From contig CAXXXF010000015.1 in the NCBI GenBank assembly GCA_963667175.2, forward strand, positions 416,001 through 480,000: DNA of 64,000 nucleotides, read 5' to 3'. Under the pieces are notes generated by a model. The model was not told the DNA's origin and searched no databases. It was given only the letters and a program-made list of their open reading frames with translations. A program made the translations under genes and the position numbers. Position 1 is the stretch's first letter; each line of letters opens with the position of its first letter. This stretch comes from Candidatus Latescibacterota bacterium. Lineage in GTDB: Bacteria; Latescibacterota; UBA2968; GCA-2709665. Positions 36,580 through 46,888 of the stretch are shown in pieces.

Positions 36580-36815
36580 GGGTCGATCTGCCAGGAAAGC
36601 ACGTCTTTCGCTTCATCGTTAAATGCTGAAGCTTTCCGGTCGAGAATTTCCGTATCCTGTGCGTCCCGGATCCGCCGTCTCAATACTGCGACATACTGCC
36701 TCAATGCCGTTTCCAGGAACGCGGATCGGTTCTTCGGCGTATCCGGCGCCTTCAAAAGGCTGTCCATCTCCCGGACCAGTCCTTCGGACAGGGTTATCGA
36801 GGTTTTAATTTTCAC
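36576..36815 (-). CDS. Ribbon-helix-helix antitoxin
   Basis: (V)KIKTSITLS...[11 protein letters not shown]; GAAGGA RBS before GTG 36815; 4-bp overlap with the toxin. Confidence 0.78.
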   Translation of the reverse strand: MKIKTSITLSEGLVREMDSLLKAPDTPKNRSAFLETALRQYVAVLRRRIRDAQDTEILDRKASAFNDEAKDVLSWQIDP

Positions 36816-36862
36816 GGGCTCATCCTTCACTATTTGCAAAAGGTCGTATATTTATCTTACTA

Positions 36863-36891
36863 AAAGTAGTATATCTGGAGATATTTGTCAA
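36863..36891 (-). promoter_or_regulatory. mazEF promoter with an operator-like palindrome in the spacer
   Basis: TTGACA-N17-TACTTT; ATATCT-GG-AGATAT at 36871-36884. Confidence 0.65.
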
Positions 36892-37132
36892 GAAGATTGG
36901 CTGTCAGCTATCAGCCGTCAGCCAAAAGCGAGGAAAGGGTAGAGGAGAGTCACGGGAGACGTGAGATGATACCAGTGCCCGATGGTTTTTCCAGTCGTTA
37001 CGATAACGGTAAATTAGCAGGCACGGTATATGTAGAAACACTGCTGCAAATGTCTTCATCTACCGTCTCACGTCTCACCGCTTTCAGGTCTTCCTTCATC
37101 CTTCAACCTTTTTCCTTCTTCCCTTTCACGTC

Positions 37133-38395
37133 TCACCGCTTTTGCGCCGAAGCGGTCTCAGGCAGCGTGAACCTGATTCGATCGAATCGCCGCGCCAGGG
37201 CCGTCGCGCGGTCCCGGGCGCCGTCCGGATCCCGGTCGCTGAGCACGTCCAGAATACAGCCGGCGATTTCGGGGGCGTCCGCCTCCGTCATGCCGTATCG
37301 GGTCGCCTCCTGCACGCCGATGCGCAGGCCGTGCCTTCCCAGTCCCTCCGGAGCCCCGGCAGCATTGACGAGAATGTGGCACGCTTCCAGCTTTCTGACC
37401 AGCGGTCCGCTCTCGCCGAACGCATCCACAACGGGAATCACCGTGTGCGACTCCGTATAGCCCCGGTTGGCGCCCACCACCGGCACGCCCTGTTCGTGGA
37501 ACGCCCGGCCCAGCGCTTTGGCATTGTTGATGATCGCATCCGCGTGCGCCTCCCCGCACGCCATCCACTCCAGGAACGTCCCCGCGAGCGACGGCAGGCG
37601 GCTCAGGTGATGGTTTGCGATCATCAGCGGCGATATCGCCTTCGCGATCCGTTCCGCAACGCCCCGGTCGTTGGTCAGGATCATTCCACCCTGCGGCCCG
37701 GCGAGCGTTTTGTGCGTGCTCGTGACGATGACGTCCGCGCCTTCCGTCAGGGGAGACTGAAACCGCCCGCCAGCAATCAGGCCCATCACGTGGGCCGCGT
37801 CGTAAACGAGGAACGAACCGGGACGGTAACGATCCATCGCGGCCCTCAATTCCCGCACGGGCTGGGGAAAGAGGAACTGCGCCGATCCGATGCTCACCAG
37901 TCCGGGACAGCGTTCCCGGATCAGCGAAACCGTCCGGTCCAGGTCGATATCGGAATTCAACCCGTCCCATGGGATCGGAATCGACTTCAGGTCCACCTTC
38001 AATCCGGAATTCGCCAGCTTCGCGGCATACATGTGCCCGTTGTACACCTCGAGCACCGTATCTCCAGGACGGGCAAGCGCGAACATGGCGATCAGGCCGG
38101 CGATATTTCCGGACAGGGGTCGCAGGTCCACGTACGCAGCGTTGAATAGCCGCTTCGCCAGGTCCTGCGCCATCTCTTCGATCTCGGCGAGATACGTGTT
38201 CCCAGGATACCCCCGGTTTCGTGGATCGATACCGGTATACGATCCGTACCTGTGGTCCAGATCGTTCACGATCAGCCGTTCCACCAGCGGGCTCGGCCGG
38301 GTCTCCGACGCAATCAGATTCAGACAGTTTTCGCGAAACGTGGTGTGCTGCTCCACCAGGGTGTCGATTTCCCGGACCCTGCGGACGAAATCCAT
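37133..38395 (-). CDS. SHMT-family PLP enzyme (divergent; possibly threonine aldolase/transaldolase-like)
   Basis: NLIASE, YDAAHVMGLIAGG, TSTHKTLAGPQGG, GLRIGVQE.TR.GM. Confidence 0.85.
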   Translation of the reverse strand: MDFVRRVREIDTLVEQHTTFRENCLNLIASETRPSPLVERLIVNDLDHRYGSYTGIDPRNRGYPGNTYLAEIEEMAQDLAKRLFNAAYVDLRPLSGNIAGLIAMFALARPGDTVLEVYNGHMYAAKLANSGLKVDLKSIPIPWDGLNSDIDLDRTVSLIRERCPGLVSIGSAQFLFPQPVRELRAAMDRYRPGSFLVYDAAHVMGLIAGGRFQSPLTEGADVIVTSTHKTLAGPQGGMILTNDRGVAERIAKAISPLMIANHHLSRLPSLAGTFLEWMACGEAHADAIINNAKALGRAFHEQGVPVVGANRGYTESHTVIPVVDAFGESGPLVRKLEACHILVNAAGAPEGLGRHGLRIGVQEATRYGMTEADAPEIAGCILDVLSDRDPDGARDRATALARRFDRIRFTLPETASAQKR

Positions 38396-38408
38396 GGGAG
38401 TTTCCCCT

Positions 38409-39464
38409 CTATTCACGGGCTGTTAAGGCATCGATCAGGTCGACCTCGTCATATAGCAGCGCCCGCGCAAACGCGCCCTGCCCCAGATAGTCGGGCGCAT
38501 TCCACGCTCCGGGCGCGCAGTAGTAAGCCGTTACCAGCCGCTCCCCGAGCCTCACGGTCGAGGGGTACCCCAGATCGCTGTCCCCCAGGTCGTCGCATAC
38601 GATCAGGGGGACGCCCCAGCTCCGCCCCCCGTCTTTGCTCACCCGGGCCTGCACGCCGAAAGGGTCGTGGCGCACGCCGTAGATCATCAGGATCCAGCCG
38701 TTGGACAGCAGCGTGAGGTCGGCGGGGTGTTCCCGTCCGCCTGTCACCTCCAGCGGCGCATCCCACGTGTCTCCTCCGTCCGTGGATCGGCACACCGAAA
38801 TCAGGCCCCCCTCGTGGACCGAACGCATTGCGGCAATCAGAACGCCGTCGCCGGTCGAAAGCAGCGCCGTTTCATTGTATCCATCGGCGATAAGCGTTGG
38901 GCGATCCCACGTCCTGCCGTTGTCGTCGGAACGCAGAATATACGCACAATCGTCCGTATCATCTCCGGAAGGGTTATCGGAGCCGTAAAGAGGCAGCAGC
39001 ATCGTACCACCCGGCAGGGTGACGATCCTCCCGAACGGGGAGTGCTTTTCCATTCCCTCGACGCCAAGGGGCCGATCGTCTTCCCAGCTTCGCCCCCCAT
39101 CGCGAGACCGGGTCACCCGCATCTGCACCCGGCGCAGTTCCGGCGCCCAGCTTCCGTCTTCGCCATAGGACCCCTGTGCATGGTACGCCAGCACGACCGT
39201 CCCGTCGGGCGCCACCCCCAACGCCGGATTCCGGTCGTCCGCGCCGGAGTCGACGATCACGACCGGCGCCTCCCACGTCCGCCCGCCGTCCGGCGAGCGA
39301 ATCGCTTCCAGGCGGCCGGTAACGCCCACGTGACCCGCGCCGGCGCGCACCACCGCCAGGACGTCGTTGCCGCCCACGCTGGCGAGTACCGGGAAATAGC
39401 CCCGGTCACGGCAGATGACCACCTCGGCAGCCGAAGGAAACCTACGAAAATCAATGGTGTCCAT
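38409..39464 (-). CDS. BNR/Asp-box beta-propeller (sialidase-like)
   Basis: Five SxDxGx(T/S)W boxes, DDRNP, DLGYPS; GGAGG RBS before ATG 39464. Confidence 0.85.
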   Translation of the reverse strand: MDTIDFRRFPSAAEVVICRDRGYFPVLASVGGNDVLAVVRAGAGHVGVTGRLEAIRSPDGGRTWEAPVVIVDSGADDRNPALGVAPDGTVVLAYHAQGSYGEDGSWAPELRRVQMRVTRSRDGGRSWEDDRPLGVEGMEKHSPFGRIVTLPGGTMLLPLYGSDNPSGDDTDDCAYILRSDDNGRTWDRPTLIADGYNETALLSTGDGVLIAAMRSVHEGGLISVCRSTDGGDTWDAPLEVTGGREHPADLTLLSNGWILMIYGVRHDPFGVQARVSKDGGRSWGVPLIVCDDLGDSDLGYPSTVRLGERLVTAYYCAPGAWNAPDYLGQGAFARALLYDEVDLIDALTARE

Positions 39465-39662
39465 GGAGAAACCTCCCCCCAAAAAAAACGCGAAAACATC
39501 ACGAGTCGCACGTCTGCAGACTTCTGGCAGCATGTGGTTCCCCGGTTGCAGTCGCGATTACTTGCAAATTCGGTTTGATTCCAGGTGTTTTATTGGCCGA
39601 TCCGCGATCCGAATCAATCCTCACGTTAGGATGCCTGGTTGCGAACCAACAGGATCAGACCC

Positions 39663-41942
39663 TCAATTACGTCGAAGAGTTTCCCAGAATTCGACCAGAT
39701 TCCTGGGCAACGGCGCCTCCGGATTCTCGGACTTCAGGATTTGTTCGACGGGATAAGCCAACTCATAACGGTTCTGCTGCCCTCCGCCTCGGTATTGGGT
39801 TCTCCTTACCAAACCATGTTTGATCAGGACCGGCAATACGGCACTTCGAAACAACGGGGCTCTCTTACCTAGCTTTGTATTTATCACTCGATCCGTTGTC
39901 CCCGTCGTTCGGCTGAAGATTCTTAAGAACGCATCAAGGCTATTCCTTACATCGGCTTTAATCTGGCGAACTTTATCGTGTTGGAACGTCTGCTCGTGCA
40001 AAAAGCCTGCGCCAAGGGACTCAAGTATAGCCTGACATCGATCGAGGACATAGGTGCGAAACTCCTTTGAACCATGCTCATCCTTCAACATCCCCAGCAC
40101 CAGGGAACTCTCGTCGAATCGGGAACCATTCAGGCTCGTTTTCAGGTCATACGTCAGACCGTCAATCTGGCAGTTGGTAAAATGGCAGTGCTCCCAGACA
40201 CATCCATTCAAGACAATATCGATAAAGTTGCAACGCTTAAACGTAACATGAGAAAGATGCGATTCCTTCCATTCATCGCCCTCAAAGTACATTGCCTCCA
40301 GAGTAACCTCCGGCAATTGCGCACAGGCCGAAGCGACGTTCGCCGCAATGAGTCCTGCGTTCTGCTTGATATAAGTAGATCGAACCTCCCTGGCAGCGAG
40401 TGAGCTTACGAATCTGATAACCTCGCTCGACTCGTCTGCAGATCGGTTACCTATCACGCTGACCCACTTGCCTGTTATCTTGGGAAGTGAATGTCTTTCC
40501 AGGAATCCACGCAACTGGTTGTCTTGAGACCGATCTTCCATCAAAGCGTCAAGCCGTTCCGCCAGGAAATAGTTCAGGAAACCTTCGTGGTCGAAGGAAA
40601 GGTGACCGGGAGTCGTGCTAACCGGAAGCAGCGCATGAGCCTTGACGCGTTCGATCACCTGGACTCTGGCCGATTGGGTCAATTCCCAATCCTCCATTAA
40701 GGTTTCCGCGACAAGCTGAACGACGTCAAGGGGCAGGCTATCGGTTGATTGGTACCACATTTCCTCCGCTATCATACTCAATAGCGCAATGTGCTGATCC
40801 ATGGAGAGATACGGTTGTCCGTTCTGATCCCGCCATTTTTCGGCCACCTCTCTCTTCACGAACGACTTTATGACTCTCGGGACTACAGAAAATCCGGATG
40901 GGCCGATTTCCTCTTTGATTTCCTCCGGCGTCATCAGCTTTTCGGCGAGGATCATCGCCAAACGCAAAACAAGAAATGGGCTGTGGAGAACCACGTGCTC
41001 GGGGCCCAGCTCAGAGGCAAGGTCGTCGTAGACTTGAACCGGGTTTTCAATCTTTCCGCCCGATGGATGCCTGAAGTTTCTAAAAAACTGCTCGGATTCC
41101 TTGCGTTGCCACCGTTCCAGCTTCATCTGCTCGACTGAAACTTGCGTGTCTGGCAGAGACGACAGCAGGTGACTCTGGGCCGTGTAGTTTTCCGCCTCAA
41201 AGTAGGCGCTGCGTGCGGCCGCGATTACCGTGCCTCGTCCGTCCAGCTGCTTGAGAAACGCCCCCAATCCGCTGTAAGCCTCCCCCGACCCAATTTCGGC
41301 CAGCAACTCGTCGAATCCGTCAACGGCAATTTTCACGAGTCCGTGCCTCACCAGCCGGATGATCCCGGAATAAAACAGTCCGGATATTCGAAGCTGGCCC
41401 AAGTCTTTTGCGACCGCTTCTTCGAGGCGAACGAAACTGCGACCTTGCGTGTCGACGTGCAAGAGCAGCCAGGCGCTTTCTCCGGACGTATAACGATCGG
41501 CCATGCGACGGGTCAGACGGCGCAGCAACGCCGTCTTTCCTTCTCCTGCGTCGGCGGTTAGAAAAATGAGCCTGGTCTCGCCAAAGGCGGTCTCACCACA
41601 TCGTTCGCTCAGGAGTTCGAGTGCGGAAGTCGGTTCGTCTTTTGATCCACTGTCATCCACCAGAGTGGCTTGAGTGTCCACGTATGGCGATACGTCGGGA
41701 CGTTTCTGCTTTATGGCTTCCGCCAAAACAGATAATCTACCGAGTTCCTCGCCTATGAATCGAGAATACGGAATCGTACGGCCGTTCAGTTGCACATTGA
41801 CGTCTCCCCCAGGTGACTGAAGAAGCCTGCATTCGACGGTTTGACGATCACGTTCATACACGACCATCCCATTATCAAAAACGACGTCCTCCTCGCGGTC
41901 GGCAAACGCGGCAATGTCAGCACGGATTTCATCGACGTCCAT
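39663..41942 (-). CDS. NACHT/STAND-like P-loop NTPase with a pentapeptide-like C-terminal region
   Basis: Walker A ADAGEGKT, Walker B IAVDGFDE, AAR, SPFL, FDHEGFLNYF; LSHVTFKRCNF...WEHCHFTNCQI. Confidence 0.78.
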   Translation of the reverse strand: MDVDEIRADIAAFADREEDVVFDNGMVVYERDRQTVECRLLQSPGGDVNVQLNGRTIPYSRFIGEELGRLSVLAEAIKQKRPDVSPYVDTQATLVDDSGSKDEPTSALELLSERCGETAFGETRLIFLTADAGEGKTALLRRLTRRMADRYTSGESAWLLLHVDTQGRSFVRLEEAVAKDLGQLRISGLFYSGIIRLVRHGLVKIAVDGFDELLAEIGSGEAYSGLGAFLKQLDGRGTVIAAARSAYFEAENYTAQSHLLSSLPDTQVSVEQMKLERWQRKESEQFFRNFRHPSGGKIENPVQVYDDLASELGPEHVVLHSPFLVLRLAMILAEKLMTPEEIKEEIGPSGFSVVPRVIKSFVKREVAEKWRDQNGQPYLSMDQHIALLSMIAEEMWYQSTDSLPLDVVQLVAETLMEDWELTQSARVQVIERVKAHALLPVSTTPGHLSFDHEGFLNYFLAERLDALMEDRSQDNQLRGFLERHSLPKITGKWVSVIGNRSADESSEVIRFVSSLAAREVRSTYIKQNAGLIAANVASACAQLPEVTLEAMYFEGDEWKESHLSHVTFKRCNFIDIVLNGCVWEHCHFTNCQIDGLTYDLKTSLNGSRFDESSLVLGMLKDEHGSKEFRTYVLDRCQAILESLGAGFLHEQTFQHDKVRQIKADVRNSLDAFLRIFSRTTGTTDRVINTKLGKRAPLFRSAVLPVLIKHGLVRRTQYRGGGQQNRYELAYPVEQILKSENPEAPLPRNLVEFWETLRRN

Positions 41943-41961
41943 CTGATCGTCTCCCTGGTTG

Positions 41962-42693
41962 CTACTGAATCGTAATCCTCCGAATGCCTGATTGGACCAT
42001 CATTTCATCATAAAGCCGACGTCGGCTGGGAGTTGTGCGTATGTGACACACGTTTCCGCCCAGATGCGTGGCCAATACCATCGCAGGAACAAGGTCATCG
42101 TCTTCCGACACGACGAGCGCCGGCGTCGTGGATGATTCCAAAGCGGCGCTGATCAGGTCACAGCACATCAGCGTGTCGACAAGCTTCTGTTCCCGGTACC
42201 GAAAGGCGTCTCGGGAGGACACGTTACACCGAGGTTCCGGACACCGGCCCTTTATCCAGCGGGTGACGAGAGGGATACTGCAACGATCGGGGTGCGCGCA
42301 CGGAATTGACTCTTGCGATTTGAGAGTGTGCTTGAAACCGCGCCGGTCCCTTAACGTCGCTGGAAAAATGCTATCACGTACCTTATACAGAGATGATGCC
42401 ATTTCGCAGTGAATCCTTTGCAGACCCGACGGCTGCCGAATCAGGAATGGGAAGCTGTTTCCTATATCACGAGCAAGTCGCTCACCGTCTCTTGAAAGGC
42501 CCTTGTCATCGTACCAGCCACCGTACAGGCGCAATGTCACGTCGCTTCCTTCATCCCCTACTTCCGTGAACACTGATGTTCGAAGCCTGTCCCAGAGGGG
42601 CACGATTCCGTGTCGAGTTAACCTGATAGGCAAATTGTAGTAGTCGATTAGTACGAGCGCAGACATCATTTCGCCATAATGAAATCTGGCCAT
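41962..42693 (-). CDS. NYN/PIN-fold nuclease domain protein
   Basis: VLIDYYNL, EQKLVDT.MCCDL, VVSEDDDLVPA; start may be 42669 or 42666. Confidence 0.75.
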   Translation of the reverse strand: MARFHYGEMMSALVLIDYYNLPIRLTRHGIVPLWDRLRTSVFTEVGDEGSDVTLRLYGGWYDDKGLSRDGERLARDIGNSFPFLIRQPSGLQRIHCEMASSLYKVRDSIFPATLRDRRGFKHTLKSQESIPCAHPDRCSIPLVTRWIKGRCPEPRCNVSSRDAFRYREQKLVDTLMCCDLISAALESSTTPALVVSEDDDLVPAMVLATHLGGNVCHIRTTPSRRRLYDEMMVQSGIRRITIQ

Positions 42694-42933
42694 TCTCCTG
42701 GAAGTTGTGACAATCGTACGGACGGCTCTTCAACCAGGTCCAGGTTACATCTCCCGCGGTACTGCCTGGAACCCACTTTGCGACCAATTCCTAACGATAG
42801 CCATCTGGCGCTCGTTTGTCAATCTTCAGCGCGCTTTTGGACCCGACGGCAACTGCCCGCCGAGTCCGGCTTCCACTATCGTATTAACTCCGAAACATGA
42901 AACTGCGTTGCGATGGGGCGCGCCATCCTGACT

Positions 42934-45900
42934 TCAAAGGTTCCAAATATCCGGGATCCGCCACGTATCCCCCGGCGCGACGTCGTAGATGTAGAACGGT
43001 TTTCCTGAAAAGGCCTCCGCCTTTCCGGCGTCGGCGAGGGTGAGTTTTCCCTTCTCCGCGGTTTTCAATCGAGTCCCGGTCTGTCCACGCGTATGCGAGA
43101 TCGTCTTCCCGTCGAACAGGTCGCGCACAACCTCGAGCTTCAACATGGGGGTATCCGTCAACAACGTTGCGCCCTCTGCAGCGGTGATCCGTCCCTCGCT
43201 CAACAGAAAGTCCATCCTGTCCACGGAGATGCGGTACCGTCCCTCGCCAGCGTGCGCTATGTCCGTGACCTCGTATGACGAATTGCAGACGTAGTGGGGA
43301 TGCGCGAGCAGGATTGTCTGACCTGTCAATGAACCGTCCACCGGAAGGGGGACGCGGGACGAGACGACGATTCGTCGGTCCTCGATTTCCACGGCATCCA
43401 CCTCCCCCGACCATTCTCCGGCGCCCTCCATCCCGACGTCTCCGAACCGGAACGCCTTTCCGTTCACCACCTGTGCCCGCCGGACCGTGTTGCCTTCGCG
43501 CTCCACAAACGCCCAGTCTCCCTCCAATCGAAACGGCAGGCCGTCCGCTTCGCCTTCCACCATGCCGTCAACACCGTACACGATATAATGGACCCGTTTG
43601 CCGATCTCGATTCTCAAACCCGTGCCCCGAGCGCCTTCGCAAAACGGCTCGACCGCGTCAATGTACGGCATTCCGGAAAACGGCTCGAGTACCCCCATGA
43701 ACCGGTTCTCCTTCCCCTCCCCGCCGGGCCGCCTTACGATCACGTGCCGGTCCCACGGACTGTGGCCCTGCAGTCCCGTCCCTTCTGCGAGCCCGGTAAT
43801 GACCGTCGAGCCCGCCTCGCCCGTCATGTGGAGGTTGATACCGACGCCCGTTTCTTCCGTTCGCCAGGTCGCCCTGAACCCGCCATCCGTCCGGGACCTC
43901 GCCACGTCCTTCACGAACCCGTACCCGGGCGCCTCGCCGAACGGGACGTCCGCCCCTGCCAGCGTCCCGTCCGCCTGCGCGATCGGAGCCGCGCCGTCCT
44001 CCAGGGCGATCTCGAACCGTTCCGCGTTGTCTCCCGCCCAGCTGTGGAAGGTGTAATCGTGCTCCGCGCCACCCGCAATCCGGAACAGATCGACCATATA
44101 TGCCCGCTCTTCGTCCACCGGAATGAGCGCCACCGCCCTGCGGTACAGGTTCGCGAGACCGGGATAGGCCCGCTCGGCCGAGGCATCCGCCACGCGCACC
44201 CACGGTCCGTCCGCGAACAGATTCAGGCTGCCCGTTGCGAACACCTGGTTCCGGCCGTCGATCAGCGCGGTGCAGTGGCTGGCCGTATGGGTTTCCCATC
44301 CGTCCTTCTTCGGCGCCACCCAGCTTGGCGGATATCCCAGATCGGCGGACAGATCGTACCCGTACGCGATCAGATTCACCGCCAGTTTGTCCATATGCCC
44401 GTGACCCCGGTTTCCCTTCCCGTAGTTCAGGACCACGTGCCGGCGTCTGGCTTGTTCATCGCCCGCGCGCAAGATGCAGAATCCCGAGTCGTGCAGCACG
44501 TCGCTCCCGGGCGATAGATCCTCCGGCGCCCGGGCTTCGCTCCACGGTTCGCAATGGAACACCGTGTAGAGGTCGCCGCCCCTGCGCGCTACGTCCGGAT
44601 CTCCGCCGGCGCCCGCGAGAATACGTCGGGCATAATGGTCGCGCGCCTCGGGCAGACGCAGGTAGCCGATCTCGTCTTCCAGGGAATAGGGCGTCCGCAA
44701 CGTGCGGTTCCTGCCCCCGCCCGTATCCCCGATCATGGGCACGCGCCCGTCGCAGTCCACCGCGCGGGCGAAGTCCATCATCTCGCGCAGCCGGAACCCG
44801 GGATCGCGATACAGGTCTACCGGCGACGCAGAGTGCTCTCCGTCCTGAAATCCGAGGGTCCATTCGGCGGCATTCAGCGCCCCCCGTATGTTGCCCGCGC
44901 CGTAGCCGATCGAGTCGTACCAGAATTTCCCGTCCCGGAAAAAACTGTTGGACATCACGTTGTAGAGGCCCGTCGGCGCTTCCAGGGCCTGTCTGATCAT
45001 CGAGCCGTTCTGCAGGCAGGCCCCAACCTCGAGCAACGCGTAGAGCGACGACGTCAGGAAATCGCCGCCGGCGAGGGGCAGCGAGCGGTCCAGGAATTCA
45101 TAGGCGTACGCGAACAGGTTTCGATGGATATTGAATAAGATATCCCCCGTTGTCGCCGGTCCGTCCGCGTCGCCTCTCGACTGGAAGAACCTGACGAGGT
45201 CCTCGTCCTCGCGAATCGCGTCGAAGACCAGATCGTACGTCACCGCCACGTTATGCAGGAAAGACTGCTCGCGCCCCGACGCCTCGCCCACGTACCCGCG
45301 GATCGGGTCCTTGCTCCGGTCGTAGGCCTCGTATCCCTCCTTGATGCCCCGCAACCTCCCGTACACGTCGGCCAGACGGTTCAACAGAACTCCGGCCTTG
45401 TGCGAATACTTCCGTTCGCCCGTAAATGCGTATGCCAGGGCCAGCGCCTGCGAGGCCGGCCGCCCCTGGTGCCCGTCCCCGGTCTGCGGGGCATAGGGAC
45501 TGGAAAACAGGCGGTAGAGCAGATAGCACCGGTACGCCCCGGTGAAATAGTACGTGACGCCGGCGTTCGGGAACCCTTCGGGGGCCACCCACCCTGCCCC
45601 GTCGTCCACCATCCGGACCGTCTCGCCCGTGCCCGGATTGACAACCTCGATGCCCTGGTACCACCACTCGCCGCCCAGGTTGCACCGCCACTGGTATGGA
45701 TGCAGAAGATCGCCCTCGAACGTGGACCGGTTGCCGCCGTGAATCGGACACCCGTCGTACTGGGCCACGGTCAGCGCCATCGGATTCTGCGTGGGCACCA
45801 TCGCATAGAGCGTCTCGTCGGAAAATCCCGCCCAGAAGTCGGCGTCCTGTACGATTTCGTCCACCATATCCCGCGCCCACTCGAGCCGGTCCGCGTTGCC

Positions 45901-46110
45901 CCTCGCGCGCTCCAGGTCTTCCCGGTTGTAAATCCCCACCAGACCCCGCCGCTTTCCGGCGCCGATCACCTCCTCGTAGAACGCCGCCGCGCGCGTGTAT
46001 CGGTCCGGTTCGTGATCCGGCGCCGGATCCCGCAGGTGCAGACTTTCGTAAAGTGCTCGCAACTCGGCTTCGTCCTTGACGATCTCGCCCTTCACAGGCA
46101 TTCTGATCAT
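42934..46110 (-). CDS. Heparinase II/III-like protein
   Basis: DG.VPMIGDT, SGFCILR, GHGHMDKL, DLGY, TASHCTALIDG. Confidence 0.8.
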   Translation of the reverse strand: MIRMPVKGEIVKDEAELRALYESLHLRDPAPDHEPDRYTRAAAFYEEVIGAGKRRGLVGIYNREDLERARGNADRLEWARDMVDEIVQDADFWAGFSDETLYAMVPTQNPMALTVAQYDGCPIHGGNRSTFEGDLLHPYQWRCNLGGEWWYQGIEVVNPGTGETVRMVDDGAGWVAPEGFPNAGVTYYFTGAYRCYLLYRLFSSPYAPQTGDGHQGRPASQALALAYAFTGERKYSHKAGVLLNRLADVYGRLRGIKEGYEAYDRSKDPIRGYVGEASGREQSFLHNVAVTYDLVFDAIREDEDLVRFFQSRGDADGPATTGDILFNIHRNLFAYAYEFLDRSLPLAGGDFLTSSLYALLEVGACLQNGSMIRQALEAPTGLYNVMSNSFFRDGKFWYDSIGYGAGNIRGALNAAEWTLGFQDGEHSASPVDLYRDPGFRLREMMDFARAVDCDGRVPMIGDTGGGRNRTLRTPYSLEDEIGYLRLPEARDHYARRILAGAGGDPDVARRGGDLYTVFHCEPWSEARAPEDLSPGSDVLHDSGFCILRAGDEQARRRHVVLNYGKGNRGHGHMDKLAVNLIAYGYDLSADLGYPPSWVAPKKDGWETHTASHCTALIDGRNQVFATGSLNLFADGPWVRVADASAERAYPGLANLYRRAVALIPVDEERAYMVDLFRIAGGAEHDYTFHSWAGDNAERFEIALEDGAAPIAQADGTLAGADVPFGEAPGYGFVKDVARSRTDGGFRATWRTEETGVGINLHMTGEAGSTVITGLAEGTGLQGHSPWDRHVIVRRPGGEGKENRFMGVLEPFSGMPYIDAVEPFCEGARGTGLRIEIGKRVHYIVYGVDGMVEGEADGLPFRLEGDWAFVEREGNTVRRAQVVNGKAFRFGDVGMEGAGEWSGEVDAVEIEDRRIVVSSRVPLPVDGSLTGQTILLAHPHYVCNSSYEVTDIAHAGEGRYRISVDRMDFLLSEGRITAAEGATLLTDTPMLKLEVVRDLFDGKTISHTRGQTGTRLKTAEKGKLTLADAGKAEAFSGKPFYIYDVAPGDTWRIPDIWNL

Positions 46111-46276
46111 GTCGTCACCCTCCGTCAACGGGTCCGTTAAGGCATCGATCCGGAACGTGTCCAGGCCTCCGGACTCTTATTTCAAGTCGAAACTACCTCG
46201 CTGACACAAAAAACGTCAGAACTGCGTTCCGGGCGATACAATGCTTCATCTCCCCTACCAACTTCTTTTCTTCTTT

Positions 46277-46450
46277 GCCCTTTTTCTTGCTGCGCCCAAG
46301 AAAAAGGGCGAAAAAGAAGGGCGCCGTTCGGCACGGGGCCGGTTTTTCCGTGAACCAACTCAGTGGCGTAAAGGGAATTTGGTTGCCCTTTCACCGGACG
46401 AGCCCGTCCCGAGCGATGTTGCGGGACGGATTAGCACGGAAAAACCCCCC
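46277..46450. repeat. ~175-bp intergenic repeat, copy 1
   Basis: GCCCTTTTTCTTG...CAAGAAAAAGGGC hairpin + AAAAAGAAGGGCGCCG ... GGACGGA..CGGAAAA.CCCCC; copy 2 at 53746-53920. Confidence 0.7.
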
Positions 46451-46562
46451 ACTCCACAACCGTGCGGACGAAAGGTATTCCGGGCAAGTCAACCTCAATG
46501 ATGACCGGTGGATCCGCCGATTGCCTTTTGCGATTTGTCTTTGCCCCTGGCTGACGGCTTTG

Positions 46563-46735
46563 TGATTTTCGCTTTTTGATTCAATCTGACGGCTGAACGT
46601 TGATTGCAGTTAGTTTCTCTTTGTGTCTTTGTGTGAGTTGATTGCGGTTTTCGCTCTTGCTTCAAGCTGACTGCTGAACGCTGAGAGCTGATCGCCGTGT
46701 TTCCCTTTGTGTCTTCGTGTGAGCTGATTTTCGAA
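46563..46735. repeat. Two tandem ~80-bp GCTGA/CTTTGTGT-rich modules
   Basis: TTCAA.CTGAC.GCTGAACG.TGA...CTTTGTGTCTT.GTGTGAG.TGATT twice; also at ~54270-54353; inverted partial copies at ~3085, ~12625 and ~57752. Confidence 0.6.
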
Positions 46736-46888
46736 TCCGTGATGACTGGTGATTGCTTGCATCTCTCCAGGGAATTCTCGTTATTCTCTACAGCCCCGGC
46801 CGGGGCCGCCTGCACGCCCATGGCTTCTACCCGGATCCGCCCGCCTTATTCACCTTTTTCATCCGGAACATGATGGAGTCTTGAAACC

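Noticed and set aside
36140-37078. TCATCTACCGTCT...CGTCTCAC on both sides of mazEF as attachment sites
   Set aside because: Imperfect and part of low-complexity CGTCTCA heptamer runs; no integrase nearby.
39474-39488. C6/A8 homopolymers upstream of the sialidase-like gene as a phase-variation tract
   Set aside because: They lie upstream of the probable start (39464), and the C run is part of the SD; no effect on the frame.
38422-46150. Exact 15-bp match GTTAAGGCATCGATC at 38422 and 46136, each ~25 nt upstream of a minus-strand start
   Set aside because: About 2x10^9 position pairs times 4^-15 gives roughly two such matches by chance in 64 kb; one copy lies in coding sequence.
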